DNA from: an uncultured Actinomycetes bacterium | GTDB taxonomy: Bacteria > Actinomycetota > Thermoleophilia > UBA2241 | Direction: 5' to 3' | Assembly (NCBI GenBank): GCA_963725665.1 | Contig: CAVRZA010000011.1 | Span: forward strand, 192,001 to 256,000 | DNA length: 64,000 nt | Part shown: positions 59,575-64,000 of the stretch, piece after piece | Position numbering within the stretch: position 1 is the stretch's first letter | Layout: the number at the start of each line of letters is the position of its first letter | Translations under genes and position numbers: made by a program | The notes under the pieces: model-generated | What the model was told of the DNA's origin: nothing | The model's input: only the letters and a program-made list of their open reading frames with translations | Databases searched by the model: none

Positions 59575-60294
59575 CTAGTTGCTGTTGCGCAGGCGCACTG
59601 TGGTCGTGAGGTCGACGGCGACAGGCGGCCGTTGCAGGTTGGCGTCTACGATGACCCGCACCTGTACCGCCTCGATGGCGACAAGATCGCCGCCCGTCAC
59701 CGTGTCAGTCCTGGTGAAGCCGGAGGTGGTGAGGTACCAGTAGGTGAAGATGGCCGTGTACGCAGTGGCCGGAGTCACGTGGGTGTTCGCGATGCTGCGG
59801 TTCACGACGTTGGTCCCCAGGACTATCTTGCGGTCCGCGGCGTCGATCGCACCGTTGCCGTTGGTGTCGCGCTGCCAGTACAGCGTCTTCTGCGGCTTGG
59901 ATCCGCTCGTGTCAAGCCAGATCCGGGTCAGCAGCAAAGCTCCCGTACCGCTCCCCTCGTTGGAGACTCCAGGCTGGTTGTACGCCGAGTAGAACAGCGC
60001 CTCCATCGGCTGGGCTGTGACGAACAGTGCCGGGGAGGCGGTGGGAGTGGGCGTCGCGGTAGGCAGGGTCGTGGGCTGGCAGTCGCGCAGCTCACTCGAG
60101 ATGCGGCTTATCGCATCGCGCGCCGTTCCGCGTGCCGAATTCGACGTCAGCGCGTAGACGGAGGACTTCTGCAGGTTGATCCACCCCATGATCAGCATGG
60201 CGGAGACGATCCCCATGATGGTGATCGCGATGAGGAGCTCGACGAGCGTAATGCCCGTCTGGGACGCACGCTTCTCTTCTAGCGAGGGATACAT
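59575..60294 (-). CDS. Prepilin-type (PilW-like) protein
   Basis: G-ITLVELLIAITIMGIV, ARDAISRISSELR, C-terminal VRLRN. Confidence 0.88.
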   Translation of the reverse strand: MYPSLEEKRASQTGITLVELLIAITIMGIVSAMLIMGWINLQKSSVYALTSNSARGTARDAISRISSELRDCQPTTLPTATPTPTASPALFVTAQPMEALFYSAYNQPGVSNEGSGTGALLLTRIWLDTSGSKPQKTLYWQRDTNGNGAIDAADRKIVLGTNVVNRSIANTHVTPATAYTAIFTYWYLTTSGFTRTDTVTGGDLVAIEAVQVRVIVDANLQRPPVAVDLTTTVRLRNSN

Positions 60295-60301
60295 GGCCGC
60301 C

Positions 60302-61108
60302 TCACGATCCGCCGGGGTTGGTGTCGAACTTGAGGCGGGCGCTCTTGAGCAAGTGGAACGGAGGTGACGTGAAGGGGGTGCTACCGCTCTGCCACTTGCT
60401 GCTGTAGCAGGTCACCGTGTACGTGTAGGTTGCTCCTCCGGTCAGCCCTGTGAAGCTCACCGTCTGGCTGCTGCTGGTCGGCCATATGTGGGTCGAGGTG
60501 ACGGTATTGCCAGCGGTGTCTACCCGGGTCCAGTAGACGCCCTTGCTGGCGCTCTGGATGACATCCGCCCAGTTCTTGAACGACACGGTGATCGACAGGT
60601 TGGTGGTCGGCAGGGGACCTGTAGGGCCCCCCGTGTCGACGGAGACGATGCCGGGCGCGGGATCCTTGACGATGGTCTCCATGGTCGTTGTAAAGCCGTG
60701 ATCGGCCGGCGTCACGCTGATCGCGATCTTCTGAGCGTTGACCTGTGGCTGGACAACGTACTGGACCGTGTAGGGCCTCTGGCCCGTCAGGGTGTAGGAG
60801 GTCCCGAAGCGGCCGTCACCGAAGGCGCTCGCCGGACTTGGGGGGTTGTTCAGGTTCGAGTGCGATATGTCCGCGTAGTTCAGCAGGCGCACCTGTTCGA
60901 TGCGGTCTTGCGCGATGAGCTGGGCGTCGTTGCGCCGCGCGTCGCGCGCCGTCGTGCTCAAGGCGTTGACGAAGAACGGCACCATGGCTGCGAAGACGAT
61001 CCCCGCGACGACGAGCGTGATCAGCAATTCGATCAGGCTGAAGCCTGCCGCAAGGGTGTGGCTCAGCGCAGCCTTTGAGTGTGGCGCCCGCATGACCCGT
61101 CCGTCCAT
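60302..61108 (-). CDS. Prepilin-type (PilV-like) protein
   Basis: G-FSLIELLITLVV, A..IAQDRIEQVR. Confidence 0.88.
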   Translation of the reverse strand: MDGRVMRAPHSKAALSHTLAAGFSLIELLITLVVAGIVFAAMVPFFVNALSTTARDARRNDAQLIAQDRIEQVRLLNYADISHSNLNNPPSPASAFGDGRFGTSYTLTGQRPYTVQYVVQPQVNAQKIAISVTPADHGFTTTMETIVKDPAPGIVSVDTGGPTGPLPTTNLSITVSFKNWADVIQSASKGVYWTRVDTAGNTVTSTHIWPTSSSQTVSFTGLTGGATYTYTVTCYSSKWQSGSTPFTSPPFHLLKSARLKFDTNPGGS

Positions 61109-61231
61109 CTCCGCCTCTCTTGCCCCCTGATCGCCCAACACAGGCTCGATCATCTCCGCATCGCCTCCGAGATCGGTGCGCCCTTTCCCAGAAACACTGC
61201 GTCGGCTAAGGGATCGTCCCTGCCAGGATAG

Positions 61232-61367
61232 ATATCGGCCGCTGAGCGCCATATGTTGACGCCCGGCACAGGCTTCTGTAGGCGGTCTTGACGACATGCA
61301 GCGACCGTGCCTCCGATGCAAGGGAGAGTCCCAAAAGAGATATCGGCAGGCGAGTGGCCGACCTGAG
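61232..61367 (-). promoter_or_regulatory. Two tandem FliA/sigma28-like promoters upstream of the pilin cluster
   Basis: GTCA-N17-GCCGATAT (61232-61260) and CTCA-N16-GCCGATAT (61340-61367). Confidence 0.45.
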
Positions 61368-61526
61368 GTGCGGGGTGGAGTTGTGTTGCCTGAAGCGGCG
61401 TCGAGGCACGGCGGCTCGCGGAGCCGCCGAGACGCCGCCTTCAGGCGAGTGGCGGCAGGCTCGGCCTGAGCGCGGCGGCAGCGACTTTCAGGCCGGGCAG
61501 TCGCCGGCCGGCGGTTCGCGCGAACG

Positions 61527-64000
61527 TCAGGGCAGCGAGCGGAGCTGCGAGAGCGTCTGCTGCAGAGCCTTGATCTGGCGCCCGTACTCGGCGAAATCGC
61601 CGGCCTTGATCGCCGTCTGCGCCGCCTCGAACTGCTGGTTCGCCTGCGCGATGAGGGCCTTGAGCTGCGCCGACGGCGTCGTCGTGCCGGGCGTGGTCGT
61701 CTGGCCGGGCGACGGCGACGGAGTGGGTCCGGCGACGCTCGGCGAGGCGCCGAAGATCTCCGTGAGCGCCTCGCCGAGCGTCGGCGCCATGACCACGGCC
61801 TGCGTCTGCCCGTTGGGCAGCGTGCCGCCTTGCGGCGAGCGATAGAAGACGATGACGCGCTTGAGCTGCGGCAGCTGCGTCTGCTGCGATTCCAGGTACA
61901 GCGGCTGCACGTAGAGCAGCGAGTCCGTGATGGGCACGACGAGCAGGTTGCCGAAGATGACCGTCGAGCCCTCTTGGCCCCAGAGGGTGCGCTGCGAGGA
62001 GATCGTGGGGTCCTGGTTGATGGCCGCCTCGACCTGCGCCGGACCGTAGACGTTGAGGCTCGAGGGGAAGCCGAAGCTCACGCCCTTGCCGTAGTTGGGC
62101 GGATCCGATTGGCCACCGAGCCAGGCGATCATGTTGGAGCGCCCGTTGGGCACGAACGGCAGGATGAGCACGAACTCCTCCTTGGTCTGTGCCGGAAGCC
62201 GCATGATCACGTAGTAGGGATCCATCTGCCCGCTGCCTGAGATCGACACGTTGGTCGGGATCTGCCACTGGTTGCCCTTGTTGTAGAGGAGACCGGGCTC
62301 CGTCACGTGGTAGGTCGCGAACAGCTCCGTCTGCAGCTTGAAGTAGTCCTCGGGATAGCGGACGTGCACCAGGAGCGCCGTCGGCATGGCCGTGAACGGC
62401 TTGAACATGCCGGGGAAGATCTTCTCGTAGGTGCGGATGATGGGGTCGCCGGGGCTGAAGTCGTAGAACGTCATCGTGCCGTTGTAGGCGTCGATGACGG
62501 CCTTGACCGAGTTACGCACGTAGTTGATGGAGCCCTGGCGCTCCGAGTACGGGTAGAGGTCGGTGGTCGTGTAGGCGTCGGCGATCCAGTAGAGGCGGCC
62601 GTCGGCGATGACCATGTAGGGGTCGTGGTCGAAGGTCAGGAAGGGCGCCGCCGCCGTGAGCCGCGCCACGATGTTGTTGCGGATGATGATGCGGCTGTCG
62701 GAGTCGATCGACGAGGCGGTCCAGAACTTGATGGTACCGAACCTGATGTTGAAGGCCGTGCGGTTCAGGAATGAGCCGATGGGGATACCGCCGCTGCCGT
62801 CGTAGGAGCGGTAGACGTCCTGGCCACCCGGCCCGGGGTAGTCGAACTCCTGGTCCTTCGTCTTGACCAGCGTGTACTGCGTACCCGTCTCGCCGTAGTA
62901 GATGCGCGGCTGCGTGATCTGCAGCGAGGACGCCGAGCTCGTCACCGGGATGTCCTGCACGAGGAAGTCGGGCGATCCGTCGGAGGCCACCTGGTTCACC
63001 GCCGACAGGGCGACGCCGAAGCCGTGCGTGTAAGTGATGTGCTGGTTGACCCACGTCTGGGCGTTCGCCGGCAGGCCGCCGATGTTCAGCTCGCGCGCGG
63101 AGAGCATCGTCTGCCGGTAGGTCCCGCTCACGTTGTAGCGGTCGACGTCGGCGTCGACGAACGAGTAGTAGGGCCGCAACTCCTGCAACTGCTGGTAGCT
63201 GCGCGTAAGCGTCGCGGGGTCCCAGAGGCGGATGTTGCGCACGGTGGTCTGGTTGGCGACCAGCTTGGCCGAGGTCAGGTCACCCTTCAGCGGGTAGGGT
63301 GTCTCCTTGAGCAGGTCGAGGTTGTAGGCGGCCCGCGTCGCGGCGATGTTGCGCGCGATGTAGGGCGCCTCTTTGGAGCCCTGGTTAGGGGAGACGACGA
63401 GGGCCTGCGTGATGGCCGGCCAGATGCCGAGGAGCACGACGAGCGCCGCGATCCAGACCCCCACGGCGGCGACGGGCAGGATGTTGCGACGCCACCACAC
63501 GTTGGCCAAGAGCGCCGCGGCGATGACCCAGGCCAGCACCATGAGGATGCGCATGGCCCACAGGCGCGCGTGCAGGTCGGTGTAGCCGGCGCCGAAGACG
63601 ACCCCGTTGGTCGAGAACAGTAGCTCCCACGCCCTGAGGATGTAACCGAACCCGGCGACCACGAAGATCGCCGCGAGGAGCACCGAGACGTGCGCGAGCG
63701 CGCCGCGCTCGATGTGGAACCCGGTGACGCGGCGCGCTCGCGGGCCGGCACCCTCGACTCCCGGCTCCTGCTCGATCACGACGCCGCCGAGGATGAGGTG
63801 CACGATCACCGAGATGACCAGGGTCGCAACGAGCGAGCCAAAGAGGAACGAGTAGACGTACTGCCAGAGCGGCAGCCGGAAGACGTAGAAGCCGACGTCG
63901 TGATGGAACACGGGGTCGGTGACGCCGAAGTCGACGCCGTTGAGGGCGCGCAGGAAGGTGAGCCACGAGCCCGCGGAGCCGGCGCCGACGATGATGGCGA
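61527..64000 (-). CDS. UPF0182 family membrane protein (5' truncated)
   Basis: DP.F..DVGFYVF.LP, GAGYTD, NIRLWDP, DVDRY, YTHG.G, PRIYYGE, NYVRNSVK, GNLLV.P, LYVQPLY. Confidence 0.95.
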   Translation of the reverse strand, partial: AIIVGAGSAGSWLTFLRALNGVDFGVTDPVFHHDVGFYVFRLPLWQYVYSFLFGSLVATLVISVIVHLILGGVVIEQEPGVEGAGPRARRVTGFHIERGALAHVSVLLAAIFVVAGFGYILRAWELLFSTNGVVFGAGYTDLHARLWAMRILMVLAWVIAAALLANVWWRRNILPVAAVGVWIAALVVLLGIWPAITQALVVSPNQGSKEAPYIARNIAATRAAYNLDLLKETPYPLKGDLTSAKLVANQTTVRNIRLWDPATLTRSYQQLQELRPYYSFVDADVDRYNVSGTYRQTMLSARELNIGGLPANAQTWVNQHITYTHGFGVALSAVNQVASDGSPDFLVQDIPVTSSASSLQITQPRIYYGETGTQYTLVKTKDQEFDYPGPGGQDVYRSYDGSGGIPIGSFLNRTAFNIRFGTIKFWTASSIDSDSRIIIRNNIVARLTAAAPFLTFDHDPYMVIADGRLYWIADAYTTTDLYPYSERQGSINYVRNSVKAVIDAYNGTMTFYDFSPGDPIIRTYEKIFPGMFKPFTAMPTALLVHVRYPEDYFKLQTELFATYHVTEPGLLYNKGNQWQIPTNVSISGSGQMDPYYVIMRLPAQTKEEFVLILPFVPNGRSNMIAWLGGQSDPPNYGKGVSFGFPSSLNVYGPAQVEAAINQDPTISSQRTLWGQEGSTVIFGNLLVVPITDSLLYVQPLYLESQQTQLPQLKRVIVFYRSPQGGTLPNGQTQAVVMAPTLGEALTEIFGASPSVAGPTPSPSPGQTTTPGTTTPSAQLKALIAQANQQFEAAQTAIKAGDFAEYGRQIKALQQTLSQLRSLP

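Noticed and set aside
61110-61520. c-di-GMP-I riboswitch before the pilins
   Set aside because: No GGCAAA..GAAA..GGGACGCAAA pattern on either strand

Overview
High-GC chromosomal segment, most likely from an Actinomycetota/Thermoleophilia-like anaerobe or facultative anaerobe. This is an inference from GC content, UPF0182, the MoxR-DUF58 module, AOR, MttB, FprA and U-less hairpin terminators. No integrase, transposase, phage or CRISPR is visible. About 4.5-33 kb is a nitrogen-compound catabolic island. It holds an Asp/Glu-racemase-like enzyme, XdhC/MocA maturases, DUF1989, an XDH-family Mo-hydroxylase with atypical motifs, a PucR regulator with three matching operator/promoter sites, four SDRs, a PuuE-like deacetylase, an APC permease, two tandem YgeW/AOTCase-type carbamoyltransferases, a pentein amidinotransferase, a TIGR00300 cyclodeaminase, an ArgE-like deacylase, a cupin and four DMT transporters. 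At 36-41 kb is an AOR + non-pyrrolysine MttB + MIO-less (ergothionase-like) ammonia-lyase operon. At 41.9-42.5 kb a selenoprotein redoxin (in-frame UGA plus SECIS-like hairpin) is missed by the ORF track. These are followed by a dipeptide-type ABC transporter, MoxR/DUF58/DUF4129, tRNA-Asp and tRNA-Val, FetAB, a type IV minor-pilin trio with a repeat-rich PilX-like protein, and UPF0182. Many genes carry single-base frameshifts that look like sequencing/assembly errors. All family assignments come from motif recognition, not database searches.
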